Under the pieces are notes generated by a model that saw only the letters and a program-made list of their open reading frames with translations, was not told the origin of the DNA and did not search any database. Both the position numbers and the translations under genes were made by a program. A stretch of 63,639 nt of DNA, filler included, from Craspedostauros australis (Eukaryota), in assembly GCA_030167865.1 (NCBI GenBank). It is 15 parts of 15 records of this genome, joined end to end, with 100 filler letters (N's around TTAATTAATTAA, not from the genome) between each part and the next. Parts side by side here need not be neighbours in the genome. Positions count along the whole stretch, not along the records: positions 1 to 1,612 come from JALAGF010002233.1; positions 1,713 to 3,023 come from JALAGF010002234.1; positions 3,124 to 5,529 come from JALAGF010002235.1; positions 5,630 to 14,034 come from JALAGF010002236.1; 11 more parts are not named here. One strand, 5' to 3'. This document shows, piece by piece, positions 1 through 12,686 of the stretch. Within the stretch, counting starts at the first letter, position 1. Every line of letters begins with the position of its first letter.

Positions 1-1
1 T

Positions 2-562
2 TGTTTGAAAGGAAACATGAGAACTCCCCTCGTGTTGTGGACATCGGTGTCTTCGTGACCTGTCGCAGACATCATTGCGTTCCCGCCCAATAAGAGCTTT
101 GACATAACGCCACGAACCAACCAGCCAATCATGATGGTCGGTTCATGCAACGCCATAGTTATTGTTAACTGATGACGCCTTCGGGCTTCCGAAGGGTTTG
201 TCCGACACGTCACGTTGATCATGTCGTGAGTTTTCCTTCTCCATTTTTTACGTTTCGAAGCCAATTTTTTTGTGTTGTCGTTTTGGTTGCGTCGTGAAAA
301 CGTGATTTCTGACTGATTGCAGCACTCATCCATTTCCCGAATCGTGTAATTATCGTGCTATTTTCATATTTTTATGGTTTCTACTGACAAAATGCATGGT
401 GTTGTCCAATTGCTGTCTGAATTTGTCAGTATCGTGTGTGTTGTGTGTATGATTTCGTGCTGATGATGGATTCGTGACTACGGGGTTGTGATGTTGTTTG
501 TTGTGTCAGCTGTTGCTGCTGTCGATGACATCTGTCATCGTACATGTGTACAGATGCCAACA
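2..562 (-). repeat. Possible 3' LTR of the degenerate copia element
   Basis: On the minus strand, downstream of the RNase H, a degenerate purine tract (GTGTGGGG, 570-563) is followed directly by TGTTG at 562. The far end is uncertain; AAACA lies at the window edge. Confidence 0.35.
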
Positions 563-649
563 CCCCACACGCTTGTGTTAGCTAGCGGAAACATCCCACT
601 CTGTCGTACAGAGAAGACTGGGATCACCGCACTCCACTGGCGGCATTCA

Positions 650-1612
650 CTGACGAACGTAGAATGATGGAATGCATCCCATGAGTAGGTCCGTATGTCA
701 AAAGATCAGAATCACAGGCATCTGCTTGTTGCACAGATCCGAAGCATTGGGGTTGGATGACACATCGGCAATGAGGATGAGATCTCTGTCCACCCAATCG
801 CAGACCGCAAATGTGTGTACATCGATATGCCTGGAGNTCCTCAGCGGTTGGTTGGCGTTTGCCATCATTCTGGCNCCTTNGTTGTCCTTGTAGATAAGTA
901 TGGCATGCTGTTGGCACATGCTGATCTTGTCCAGGATGGACCGAAACCAGAGCACCATCTTGCCATTGTTGCTGGTGACATTGAACTCGGCTTTAGAGGT
1001 AATGAGAGAAACAGTGGGTTGGACGCAGGTTTTCCACGCAACAGTGGGGCTGCCAAGAAGCAACACCATGCCTCTGGTGGATTTTCAATGCCTTGTATTG
1101 GCACCCCAATTGGCGTCCACATATACGTAGAGGAAAGTTGCCTGGATGGTGGCCTGGTCTGCTGGGCTGTGGTGCTTGTTGTTGGCAGGCANNAGTTGTT
1201 TCAGTGCTGCCACATCTGCAAGCTGCGGGACAGGAGACTGTCACCAGTAGGTGATCTCAAAGTCCCTGGTGGATGCAACATACCTGAAGAGGTATTTGAC
1301 GGCTTTGTAGTGTACACGTGCAGGGTTCATCAAGACTTGGCTCAGCTTCACCACAGGGAAGAAGATGTCAGGGTGACAGGAAACCATGGCCCAGATGAGC
1401 TTGCCAATGGCTTAGTGGTAGCTGAAGGACTTGGATTGCAGACCATGATGCTTGGCTTCCATGTTGGGTAAGACTGCCTGATCCAATTGCCACACATGTC
1501 CATTGTCTGTGCGCATGGGTAGGCATTGTGTAGACTTCAATCAATGCCAATTGTGTTGCTTGAGCGCCTTGTCGATGTATGTGGAGCAGTGCACATTCAC
1601 ATGTCATCAGGC
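650..1612 (-). mobile_element. Degenerate Ty1/copia pol fragment (RT C-terminus and RNase H)
   Basis: Minus-strand translation gives AIGKLIWAMVSCHPDIFFPVVKLSQ...HYKAVKYLFRY, then RNase H motifs AEF...IYKDN...SRHID...NASDL. Stops and frameshifts are present. Confidence 0.85.
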
Positions 1613-1712
1613 NNNNNNNNNNNNNNNNNNNNNNNNNNNNNNNNNNNNNNNNNNNNTTAATTAATTAANNNNNNNNNNNNNNNNNNNNNNNNNNNNNNNN
1701 NNNNNNNNNNNN
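1613..1712. other. Artificial contig-joining spacer (N44-TTAATTAATTAA-N44); first of 14
   Basis: The same 12-mer, with stops in all six frames and flanked by N runs, occurs at about 1657, 3068, 5574, 14079, 15585, 18340, 19944, 21301, 25315, 50116, 56785, 59146, 60695 and 62225. Confidence 0.97.
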
Positions 1713-2435
1713 GAACCAGCCGCATCATCTGGCAAGTACAAGATATTTGGACCAGCTCTCTTGCGAACATTCCGATGTTTGTGGATACTGGAAGAACTGG
1801 GTGCTGACTACGAGCATCTCGCAGTCCTTCCACACTCAGAGGAACTCAAGAAGGCGACCGGGCTCCGCAGGGTGCCCGTGCTGATCACGCCAGACGGATT
1901 CACTTTGTGCGAAAGCTCCGCCATCAACACGTACCTGNGCGACACGTTCTGCAACGAGCATCCGACGCTGGTCCCTCGTGCTGGCAGCCATGAGCGCGCG
2001 AGGTACGATCAGACCATCTCCGTGCTGACATCAGACCTGGATGCACAAGGCATTTGCGTTCAACTGAAATACGAGCATATGGGAGAAATATACGGCTACA
2101 TCCCCGAAGCGGTGAAGCAGGCGAGGAAGCACTTCAACAAAACCAATCGCTCTTTGATCAAGCAGCTGCAACAGGAAGGCCCTTACCTGATGGGAAAGCA
2201 TTTCACGCCCGCAGATCCGATATACGTGCACCTGTTGCAAGCAAGCCAGGTGATGGGTTGGGATGACAAGTGGAAAGATGTGGAGTGCATGCGCAACTAC
2301 ATGGCGCTTTGCACGCAACGGCCTGCATACAAAAAGGTGCATGCCGTGAGAGTCAAAGAAATGGAAGGCGCATCCCGGTACGGAACACGACAAAACGTGC
2401 GATCAGCAAAAACCAAGCAACGCAGCAAGCTCTAA
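1713..2435 (+). CDS. Glutathione S-transferase (5'-truncated at contig edge)
   Basis: GST N-domain motifs RCLWILEELG, RRVPVL and TLCESSAINTYL; C-domain GPYLMGKHFTPADP and RPAYKK. The frame is open from the contig start. Confidence 0.9.
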   Translation, partial: EPAASSGKYKIFGPALLRTFRCLWILEELGADYEHLAVLPHSEELKKATGLRRVPVLITPDGFTLCESSAINTYLXDTFCNEHPTLVPRAGSHERARYDQTISVLTSDLDAQGICVQLKYEHMGEIYGYIPEAVKQARKHFNKTNRSLIKQLQQEGPYLMGKHFTPADPIYVHLLQASQVMGWDDKWKDVECMRNYMALCTQRPAYKKVHAVRVKEMEGASRYGTRQNVRSAKTKQRSKL

Positions 2436-2692
2436 TAATAATTCGATCTCCTACATTCAACGACTGGATTATTGTGTTCTACATACCTCAAGCATAGAGA
2501 CATCATCAAATCCTTGCGTTTGCACATTACCAGTGCGTATGGCACGATCATACCATTTCTACAGGTAAATAAATATATAACCCACTGATTAGCTGTTCCA
2601 TACCCACGGCTGCGTCGTTGATGCTTTTCTCCGCCTCCTTTCAACTTCGCATGGCACGCGAAGGGGGAACGGACTCGGGTCGATTGTGTTCC

Positions 2693-3023
2693 TTATGTTG
2701 ATGTTGGTGCCGGTGTCGGTTTGCCCTGTGCTATCCTGAAGCCGTTGGGTGTACCCACCTTCTTCCACTTGTACAAGGGCCCGCTAGCAACAGGCTCCTG
2801 TAGGATTGCGGCGGTTTGCTCCATCCACATCGCCAGGCCCGACGCTGGGGCTTGCCTGCCTGGGTATGCGGATTTGGCATGGCCTAGAGCTGCGTCATTG
2901 TTGCTCAACTGATCGAGGATGGTCTGCACGCATTCCTGCATTGCTTGAAGCATGGCTCCTTCCGCAGAGTCTTGACTGGTGTGCATATCATCATTGCATG
3001 AGAACCATTGGTCCCATGTGATG
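2693..3023 (-). CDS. 3' end of a hypothetical protein (5'-truncated)
   Basis: Frame is open from the contig edge to the stop at 2693 and converges on the GST. No recognisable motif. Confidence 0.4.
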
Positions 3024-3123
3024 NNNNNNNNNNNNNNNNNNNNNNNNNNNNNNNNNNNNNNNNNNNNTTAATTAATTAANNNNNNNNNNNNNNNNNNNNN
3101 NNNNNNNNNNNNNNNNNNNNNNN

Positions 3124-5529
3124 GTCTGGCTCGATCATTCGTTACTTGGCTCGCAGTGATGAAGTCATCCAGCCTCATCTTTCCGTGAGTGGTATCAATC
3201 ATCATGCTTGCGACGTCTCTGTTGAACATCGACCCGTCTGTGTGGAAGCTAGGTCCCCCTGTCGCCGCTGTTTCAGCTTCTGTCTCTTGGGCAGTCTCTT
3301 GCTTCTCATCGTCAGATTCCGATGTCTCGCTGGATCCGTAGTCTCTGTCCTCCTTAGCAACAGGCGAATTGTTATACCCTGCGAGATCTCTGACCATTCT
3401 CGGTACGTATGCAACGGGTGTTGCAACTGGAGTCGAGGGCGGTTCTTTTTCTGCCGTTCTTTCCTCACTCCTTCCATCCTCGTCCCTTCCGGATTCATCG
3501 CCGACGTCATCGTCTGGTTCCTGATTCTCCTGGACGGGTAGCAGGTCGTCCTGCTCTAGCGCGGCATCTTCTGAATCTCTTTGTTCTCTCAATCTGCTGC
3601 GCTGCTCATCGTCATCGGACTCTATATCATTCATGCTATCCGATTGACGAAGCCAAGTCACGCCTCTCTCTGGAGACGAGTCTCTTGATGAGGAATCGTC
3701 GTCTGTGTTCATCACTCTGGATCTGTTGGCATCCTTGATACCCTTGAACTCTCCATACGACTTATTCAACCATGTCACNNNNNNNNNNNNNNNNNNNNNN
3801 NNNNNNNNNNNNNNNNNNNNNNNNNNNNNNNNNNNNNNNNNNNNNNNNNNNNNNNNNNNNNNNNNNNNNNNNNNNNNNNNNNNNNNNNNNNNNNNNNNNN
3901 NNNNNNNNNNNNNNNNNNNNNNNNNNNNNNNNNNNNNNNNNNNACGCAGGTCATTTGCATACTTCGGGATTTTTCCGTTTAACAGTATACATGCTGGTTC
4001 CCTTGACTTCGTGCCAATGATGTTCTCCAGCTGCGTCGCTGTGTGGGCAGCCTCTGCCCACAGTTTGCCTCGCGTTGACTTTGGTAGATGGGTTTGGTTC
4101 AGCATGGCGCGTACTTTGCCGTAGAGTGTCGCGAATTTCCTTTCGACGCGACCATTCTGTTGGGGAGTCGATGNNNNNNNNNNNNNNNNNNNNNNNNNNN
4201 NNNNNNNNNNNNNNNNNNNNNNNNNNNNNNNNNNNNNNNNNNNNNNNNNNNNNNNNNNNNNNNNNNNNNNNNNNNNNNNNNNNNNNNNNNNNNNNNNNNN
4301 NNNNNNNNNNNNNNNNNNNNNNNNNNNNNNNNNNTTCTCTGTGATGAAGTAACTCCAGCAGTAGTCACTGTAATCGTCGATCACAAGAAGCCAGTATTTG
4401 CCCCTTCCCAGGCTGTGTGTCTGAACGCTTGATGTGTCCATGAATAATCGATCCCCGACTCCTTTCGCCCGTTGTTGAGTCGCTTTCGACATCGGTCTCT
4501 GTCGCGATTTCCCAACCGCGCAGTCAACACACACGTCCAGTTTTCCTGTCACGTTCCAGCCGTACCTCCCAGCTGTTCGAGAGATGGTGTACGCGTCAAC
4601 GTGGCCTAACATTTTATGAATTGTGTTGATGTCGACTGGTGCGTCGGTTGACNNNNNNNNNNNNNNNNNNNNNNNNNNNNNNNNNNNNNNNNNNNNNNNN
4701 NNNNNNNNNNNNNNNNNNNNNNNNNNNGCCATGATGCGGTCGAAGCTGATGCGCACGCTGCCCTTCTTCAGGCTTATCACGATGCCGCGGTTGCTAATGT
4801 CGAACCCGTTTTCGAGAGCTTTATTGATGCTCAGCAGGTTCACCCACAGCTTCGGCACGTACTTCACTGATTTGAGTACAACGATGGATGTCTTTCCATT
4901 CTTCTGCATGACGGTCATACGTTTGTCCCCCACCTTGGTTGCTTTGAGGAAGCGTCCGCTTCCAATCTTCACCGACTGGTCGGAGACTTGGACGTTGGTC
5001 ATCCCCTTGTCACAGTTGGTGAGATGGCACGATGCGCCTGAATCGCCCAGCCAGGTGTTGCTTTCGTAGTNNNNNNNNNNNNNNNNNNNNNNNNNNNNNN
5101 NNNNNNNNNNNNNNNNNNNNNNNACCATAGCCACCTCGTGGTCTTCACCGTGTTCCGAGAAGAGCGGTAACACCGAGAGCTCCGCCCTTGAGTCTCGAAC
5201 CCCCTTGTCGCTTTCATGATACATCCAAAGGATGGAGTGCGTAGCGTGGAGAGTCATGCACGAGAGCAGGTCGCTGGGGAAAGGTTGGAGGTGGCGAGAC
5301 TCCAAACTGTTGTTGATGTTGCAGGGGTTGCGACAGACGCTCACCGTGTTGATCATTCCTATCTCATGTAGCTTGAAGTACACGGAGCGCGGCTCAATTT
5401 GTGGAGTGTGGTCCCCTGTGTGGGTATCCACAGCATCGTAACACAATAAGGCCAGTTCAGATCGCACATCATTGGCCGGGAGCACGTTGCTCAGCGACGC
5501 TCGGATAGCGTGGCGGAGGGAACCAGCTC
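3124..5529 (-). mobile_element. Ty1/copia pol fragment: protease, GAG-pre-integrase, integrase and acidic linker (family A)
   Basis: Protease WLGDSGASCH; HKMLGH...CVDC zinc motif; integrase LFMD, IDDYSDY and PQQNGRVERK. Closely similar to 15641-16890. Confidence 0.95.
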
Positions 5530-5630
5530 NNNNNNNNNNNNNNNNNNNNNNNNNNNNNNNNNNNNNNNNNNNNTTAATTAATTAANNNNNNNNNNNNNNN
5601 NNNNNNNNNNNNNNNNNNNNNNNNNNNNNC

Positions 5631-7000
5631 GCAACAGATCCCAGCACATCATCACAAAGGGCGTCGACCAGTCTAACCGCGAGCATCACAACTGGCCCAA
5701 GTGGCAGCATCGCGGATGAAGGCTATCTGGACACCACCATCCTCTCCGTCAACGATCTTCCAGCGAGTCGTCAGCCCATCGCGGTGATCATGAACATTGG
5801 CAACTTGACTGTTTCCACAGGGCCTCCGGTTGCCAATCACATGGATCGCAACTCCTTTCGGTTCAGCACCGGCAGCCGTATCGTCCAGCATGCGCACTTC
5901 ATCAACAGAGAGTGAGAACAACGTCAATACGAAAAGCCCTTTCCGCAGCTGCGCAGATCGACCGCGACGATCTGCGTGATCTATGATGATCCAGATCTCA
6001 ATCTGGAAACGAGGCTCTCGCTCAACGATCTGCGCATTCACTAAACATCCTGGCAGATTCTCAATTTCATCCAATCGCCATCACCACCTGAAGCAGCAGT
6101 AGCAGCAACAACAGCAACAACTCGAAGGATGCCGAATGCTGCAGGCAATCTGCAACTACTCCTACGGCGGCAGCATTGGCCGCGGCAAGATCATTCGCTT
6201 CATCGGTTGGCGACGACACCAGCGACGATCCATCGCCAACCATACGAGTCAAGGTTCATCTGGATGCCCCGTACCGACTCGAAATCGCAGCGCTCATCGC
6301 CATCGTGCAATGGTGGTCCCATCTCGTCGATCGATCAGAGGATTGGATACGCGACGATGCATCCAAGATATGCGTACCGACATCCTCAAACATGCTTCTC
6401 CTACCGTTGATTCTGCTCATCATGGCCATCGTGGTGGCGTCACCCATCATGATGGACAAGCTCCTCGTTCTCCTGTCCGTCGCGTTGCCGTTCTTCATCA
6501 TCGCGATCACCTCGATCGTCGCGTCCAGCCTCGTGATGTATTCTGGCACACAACATGGACGCGAGCGTATTGGCGGTGCGGTGTTCATCCCCTTCGCCGA
6601 CTCGTTGCTGTTGTCATCCAAGGCAGGGCAGCGACTGATCTACCAAACCGAACGGCGCCCAACACCCGTCAGCCTCGTGCGGCATGTCCTGTCGACCGAT
6701 CCCAACTCCCTCTGGGTGTCGTTGGCGATAGACTTCGTGGATTCATCGTCGTACCTGTTGCCAGTCGTCGGCGAACTGTGCGATGTGATATGGGCGCCGA
6801 TCCAATTCATACCGGTGATGGCCATGTACGACTCCGTCCACTCCGACTTGAAGTACGTGAGCCTCGTGGAAGAGCTGGTGCCGTTCACAGATATCGTGTC
6901 AACGGCGACAATTGGATGGACCATGGAGCAGCACGGTGTTCATTCGGAGGCCACCCACGGGTCAAAGATGGAGGAAATGAAGCAAGCCACGAGACCCGGC
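5631..7000 (+). pseudogene. Probable pseudogene of a conserved membrane protein of unknown function
   Basis: A protein-like frame from 5631 has in-frame stops at 5913 (TGA) and 6042 (TAA), then shifts into ORF 6176-7204. That ORF has transmembrane stretches and a conserved-looking D..SYLLPVVGELCDVIWAP...EELVPFTD C-terminal motif. I found no GT-AG intron that repairs it. Confidence 0.5.
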
Positions 7001-7564
7001 CATGGCCGCCGGTCGTTTGCGTTGCGACTCCATGCGGCATGCGCAGATTTGACGATGCTACCATTCTCCGACACGAAAATACTGTGGAACCGACAAGTGA
7101 TATCTTCTCTCTCTCTCTCTCTCTCCAGAGACTTCCAACGCTTCCAGTTCCATTCTTTTCTCCTGGTCCATAATACTATTGTATTATATGAATGTTGGGT
7201 ATGAGAATGGATTTCATGCAGTCCTCGTACCCGGAGCGTATCACCACGGAATAAACATGAATCCGATCAAAATGGTAGCAAGCACACCTGCCATACGCAC
7301 AAGAAATATTCTGCGAGCGGTCTGCATACGACGGGCTATGCGGACGGATGAGATTGGTAATGCACGTATGTATGTGCTTCTGTGAAGACGTTATAACATG
7401 TATCATATCATGGAGTAGATCGTTCATTCTTCAATCCTCGAGCTTCGATGGTATCCCTCATCCCATGGTCAAGGATTGTACCACAGCCTGGTGAGAGACC
7501 ACCATCTGCCTTCATTGCTGCAACAGGAGCTGGATGCACGAGTATCCATACTCATTGAGTTGTG

Positions 7565-10500
7565 TCATTTGGGGCTCTTCGGCGACTTGCTTGATTTGGA
7601 TGACTTGGGAGACTTCGTCTTGCTCTCCTTTGATGACTTGTCCGATTTGTATGATTTCGCCCCCTTCGTGCTGCGCAGGTAAGATGGTTGGGAGGAAGGG
7701 AAGGACGACGGTGTGGATGACAGTGTGAACGACGGCGTGGATGACGGCGTGGAGGACGGCATCATCGAGTTGCCGTTGCAGAATTCCAGTGAACCCATGA
7801 AGTACTCAAAGACGCCACCGTAGAGAGGAGGAGGATTATCACCGACAACACCGCTCGCCGTTCCCGTAAAGATAGTGAATGGGCAATTGTCGCAATCAAT
7901 CCAGTCTGGAGGGATGGGAATGATGTTCCTCGAGAAGTCATCCCCTGCGTTCGTTCGTGTATCGATGCGGATGGAGATCGCGCCGTCGCTTTCGGACAAA
8001 GCCAAAGGTTGGTCGAATGCAATCACGTCTGTGAATTCACCATCACCTCTGGCCTCGATCATTCCCGATGCAAGTTCTGTCCAATTCCCGGGTGCATCCC
8101 ACGTACTTGGGCGATAGAAGATTGTGAAAGTTTGGTTCCCCATCGATGGCAGGACAAGCCTCATGCCTGTGATGTCGACACTATCCAGAATCTGAATGTC
8201 GTGTCTCACTGAAGCGGCCGTGTCGACATAGAATGATCTTGGGAGACCTGCTGTTTTTGCGTCGCGGCAGGTGTCTGTTGGTGCCTGTGTGGGGCCTGCG
8301 GATGGTTGGATTGATGGCAGTGTCGTCGTAGTGGGGGAAGCAGATCTAGTTGGCATCTCGGTGCTCAAATCTGGACAGAATTCGAGGATGCCGTAAAAGA
8401 CGGGGAATCGATCGCGGAAATTGGGCGGGTTGTTTCCAACTTCGAGGCTACCTTGTCCGGTGAATACCTCGATTGGGCAGTCTGGGCACTCGACTATACC
8501 AGCTGGGATCACAATCGGAGATGGTGAAGACAAAGTCCTCAACCTGTCGGCCATGTCAATGCGGAAGGATACAATGTCATCCTCCGCAGACACCACCACG
8601 GGCTGGTCGAATACGAGGGAGGGGGAGAAGCCAGACAAGGCAGGGCCAGATGGTTCCTTTCCCCCGTTGTTTCCTGATGCAATCTGAGTCCAGTTGCCAT
8701 CGGCATCCCAGGTGCTTGGGCGGAAGAAGATCGTGTATGGCATGTTGGTGAATCCATCAGCCACGACGACCTTGATGGCGGTGAATTCGATGCTGTCCAG
8801 TATGCGAACATCGAATCTGAATGACTCAGTGCGCTCAGCTGAGCGAGGTTCGTTGAACGTTAAGAGCTCCCACGCTTCGCAATTTTTGGTTGGAACATTC
8901 GATGGGAGTGATGACATTGATGGTGCCGCAGAACCGGATGGTGTCGCGGTTGGTGGTTGACTGAAATCCAATTTCACGCTCACTGTCGCACACATGGGTG
9001 TGGCCGAGTCATCATCGATGTTGGATACCGAAATGACGATCCCATCCAGCAAAGACGACTGGGCATCAATTCTGTACGATGGTTGTGTCATGTTCAGGAT
9101 GGCCTCCAGATGAGAGAATCGGTTCTCTGTAGTGTTGTGGTCTTGTGCCCTTGTCACGAGGACCTGATCCCTGCCCAGTGGAGAATCGGCGTTGAAGCCA
9201 ATGGCTCTGTTGAAGGCGATGTAGTAGTTCAATTCACTCTCAGGATCGTCAATTNGGATGATGACNTCGAANCTGGTGTCAGCGGGGTCATAATCGACCA
9301 CTCCGCAGAGCCTTCCCTCGAAGTCGATGTCTTGACCTCCGGTGAGCAATGTGGTCTGGTCGGAGTACCACCCCATCACCCAACTCTTGGCACCTAGGTG
9401 TGGTGGAGGGGCAGGCGCATGAGTAATGATATTGAAGGGGTAGGTTTGCAGCATGAACATGAGGGTGTGAAATGATTTGGCGTGGACGTAGAGAACGAAA
9501 CGATGGAAAAGGTGACGATTGCTGAGGCAGTGTACGTAGAGTGTCGCATTGTATCGCATCGCATCGGATGCGATGCGGTGAGAAGGCTCCTCCTGGAACG
9601 GAATCATCTGGGTCCTTGCTCTCCACAAGACAACGGCTGCATAGCACTTACCGTTGTATCCCACCTTATCGATCAGCGATTCATTACGAAATCGACTAAG
9701 CGCTGCTCCGCCCATTATGCCGCTGCGCAATAATAGTCGATGTTAGGGTCGGAATCCATTGACCGGAGGACGTCAACAACGAGGAAGAGGATACACGAAG
9801 ACGGGTTAGATGGACTTCGAACGATAAACAGGTTTCCTGCCATGTGATGAGGACCAGAACATGGCAGCCGCGTCCAATGTGCTCTCTCCAGAGTTTGATT
9901 GTGTGCGTTCTTGTGTTCATTTGTCCGTCCGTCCACAAAGATTGATGCGGAATGTCACAGATCGTCTTCAACCTCTCTCTCTCTCTGCTGGCGCATTGAC
10001 TGCGCTTACCTGGAATCTTCGTACTCTACCCCATCCCGATTGGAATGACCAAGCCCGAAGTTGTGACCGAGTTCGTGGATGATGTAGTCTACATTGGCCG
10101 CCCAGTGCGTGCCTGGATAGTTTTCGACACCGTTGTACATGCTGATCTTTTGGTCGACATAAGCGTACGCTGTGAATCAGTGGTGTGTCGGTTACATCGG
10201 TGCGCACATTGAGAATCGGGAGAGTTTTATTCGCACGGAAGAAAGATGGTACGACACGATGGAGTGAGATGGGTTAGATAGGAGTGTGAGCACGGGTAGA
10301 GCTCATCACGATACCAGTGCGTAATGTTGATACGGAAGATACGAGCTGTGTGGTCCTTTTCGGCACTTACCACCCCAACCACTCGAGGAATCCAACCCGA
10401 ACGGGACCACGATCAAGAATAAATCAAAGTCATCATAGATCTTGACCTCCTGCTTCAGATATTGTGAGATGAGATTATCAACTGTTCTTGCCTCGAGAGT

Positions 10501-11448
10501 GGTGGGATCGACGTCAGGGGGGAACTCATATGTCAGAATCCCATCATCTGTCCCATTCGTGGGCATGGTGGAGAGCTTCAGCTTGTCAAAAGACATGGCC
10601 GCGAACTGGTCGGTGAAGTTGGGTTGAGCGCCGAAGATCTCGTCTTTGATGAGGGATTTGGGAACTGTGTAGTTGGTTTGGAAGACGACCTGGATGAAGA
10701 GGAACTTCTTGTCGCCAGAACCAAGGACATCAGGAGTGGTCAGAGAACGACCATGTCCATGGCCATCGCTTTGTTCGCTTCGTTGATGATGCCCGATCGT
10801 CATGTCATCGATGATCTTCAAGTCCGGTAGCTTCAAGGAGAAGTCGGTGACATCGATGATGACATTCTCCAGAAACAACGTGGATTTGGAAGAGGAAATT
10901 GGCCATGCTTGGTTGTTCTTGGCCCATTCCGGCGTCAGCCCTTCGATGGCCATATGCACAGGCCCATGCTCTTCCTCATCGGAGCCTTGGAGCATGCAAG
11001 ATAAGTCAGTTGCATCCGTTCCGTCGGCAGCGCCAATGATACGTGCCGAGACGAGGCATGGCTCCTGTAGGATACTGTGTTCGCCCGAGGCAGCGTCATG
11101 CGTCTGAATTGAGTTCGATTCAGTTGTTGGTATTGTGGCGAAGGACGTGGCGTGATGTGACGTGACGTGATGCGTTGTGATGTATTGCATAATACAAGGT
11201 GCAGATACAAGGTTGAGTTGAGGATGAAGTCATTGAATTGGATGCACGTACGCGTATGTCTTTGGACGTGGATGCGGCAAGGCGAGAATGCCAGCAAAGA
11301 AGGAACTCCCACGCGTCGAGACAACAGTGACAGTTGCCATCTTGCTCGTACTCACCAACCACCTTGACATCGGGGACGCCGCTGCCGTAGCGACAAGCGC
11401 CGTAAGCAGCACAGCAGCAAGGATTCGTTGGTAGAAGTGAGAATGCAT
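7565..11448 (-). CDS. Secreted gametolysin-like (peptidase M11) metzincin; 5 exons: 11448-11356, 11103-10371, 10169-10010, 9722-9652, 9393-7565
   Basis: Signal peptide MHSHFYQRILAAVLLTALVATAAA; prodomain ending in RSL; zinc motif HELGHNFGLGH at 10077-10045; Met-turn GIMG; YNGAKSWVMGWY motif formed by splicing. All four introns are GT-AG with compatible phases. Confidence 0.9.
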
Positions 11449-12686
11449 GGCTTTTCGTCATCAACGAGATGAAGGATTTATGAGATGATTTGGAGTCCTT
11501 TGAAGGAAAGAGCGAGCAGAAACAGGAACTGCTGCCATTCCTTCGCCAGCCACCACCTTCGTTGATTTTCGCGTGCGGTGAACACTCCCCTCTTGTGTGG
11601 GTGGGCTTTTCGGTTGACTCTTTTCGCAACTGGGGTTGATGGCAGGTTGGGGGTGTGTTCATGATCGGTGGTGGAGCACTCGTATTGGCACGGTATCCAT
11701 GGAGAAGACGGGGAAGTGGATGGGCGGGAAAGCATCTGTCGCAGAATAGTGGGGTAGCCATGCATACACCTGTGGGTTGCTGTGTCTGAGTGCACGAGTC
11801 GCTCGCATGCGCATCACGTGTTATGGTGTGGTGTTGTCTCTGTGGCCGTTCGCTGGAACTGTGTGTGCCGAGGTTGCTCAACTCCATCACGTGATTGTGT
11901 GGAGAAGTCATCCCCGACAGTTCGCTTGGAAAGATCTGATCAACACCAATTTTGTGGAAGAACAGAACAACGTTGTCGTGTTGATGTCGCTCAGAACAAC
12001 CCATTTATGGACCAATCTCGTGTCGCACGTTGTCAACGGAACTCAAGTTTGCGAGTGGAACTACCCTGAGCGCACTTGAGAGATTGTGACATCGGATTTG
12101 CGGCATTTTGCGCCCTTTGGGTCATCGAAGTGACGATCGGATGACGCCATCCGCGTTTGGGCGCTTCGCAAAAAAGTGTCAAGGAATCCCGGATGAAATT
12201 GACTCACTCGACTTATCTCAGTCGTGGAACGAGCCAAGATCGATGATCTTCGTTCCGAATTTCATCTTTTTCGGTTCCGCATGTTTGGGACTGATGTTCT
12301 GTTGGTTGGTAATGGAATCCCAATGCTCTCACAAAAGGTTGTCACCACACCACATATACAAGTACTTGTAGATGCATTGCCATAACACATACTTCCAGGA
12401 ACGGCACTTCTCTGTCCTGCAACTGGTTCACTCTATTCTGTGCTCTATCCCATCAGATTCCACAACATAGTCGTACAGCACCTCTGCCATCCATAAATCC
12501 ATCCATCCATATATCCGTCCATCCAACATGAGCCATCATCCAAACTCCCGCAACGGTCAGCATTTGACGTTGGAAGCCGAAGAGGATTGGCTGCGCTGCA
12601 ATGGACTGCATTCGCACGCGCATCAGCCTCCACCATCCGCCAAGGTTGATGCTGAGAAGCGTGCGCAGAAGCAGAGTGATTATGCC

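Noticed and set aside
9394..9730. N-terminal ~110 aa of the 721-aa ORF as a real protein start
   Set aside because: Mostly read-through of intron 9651-9394; splicing restores the YNGAKSW motif and links to the upstream catalytic exons.
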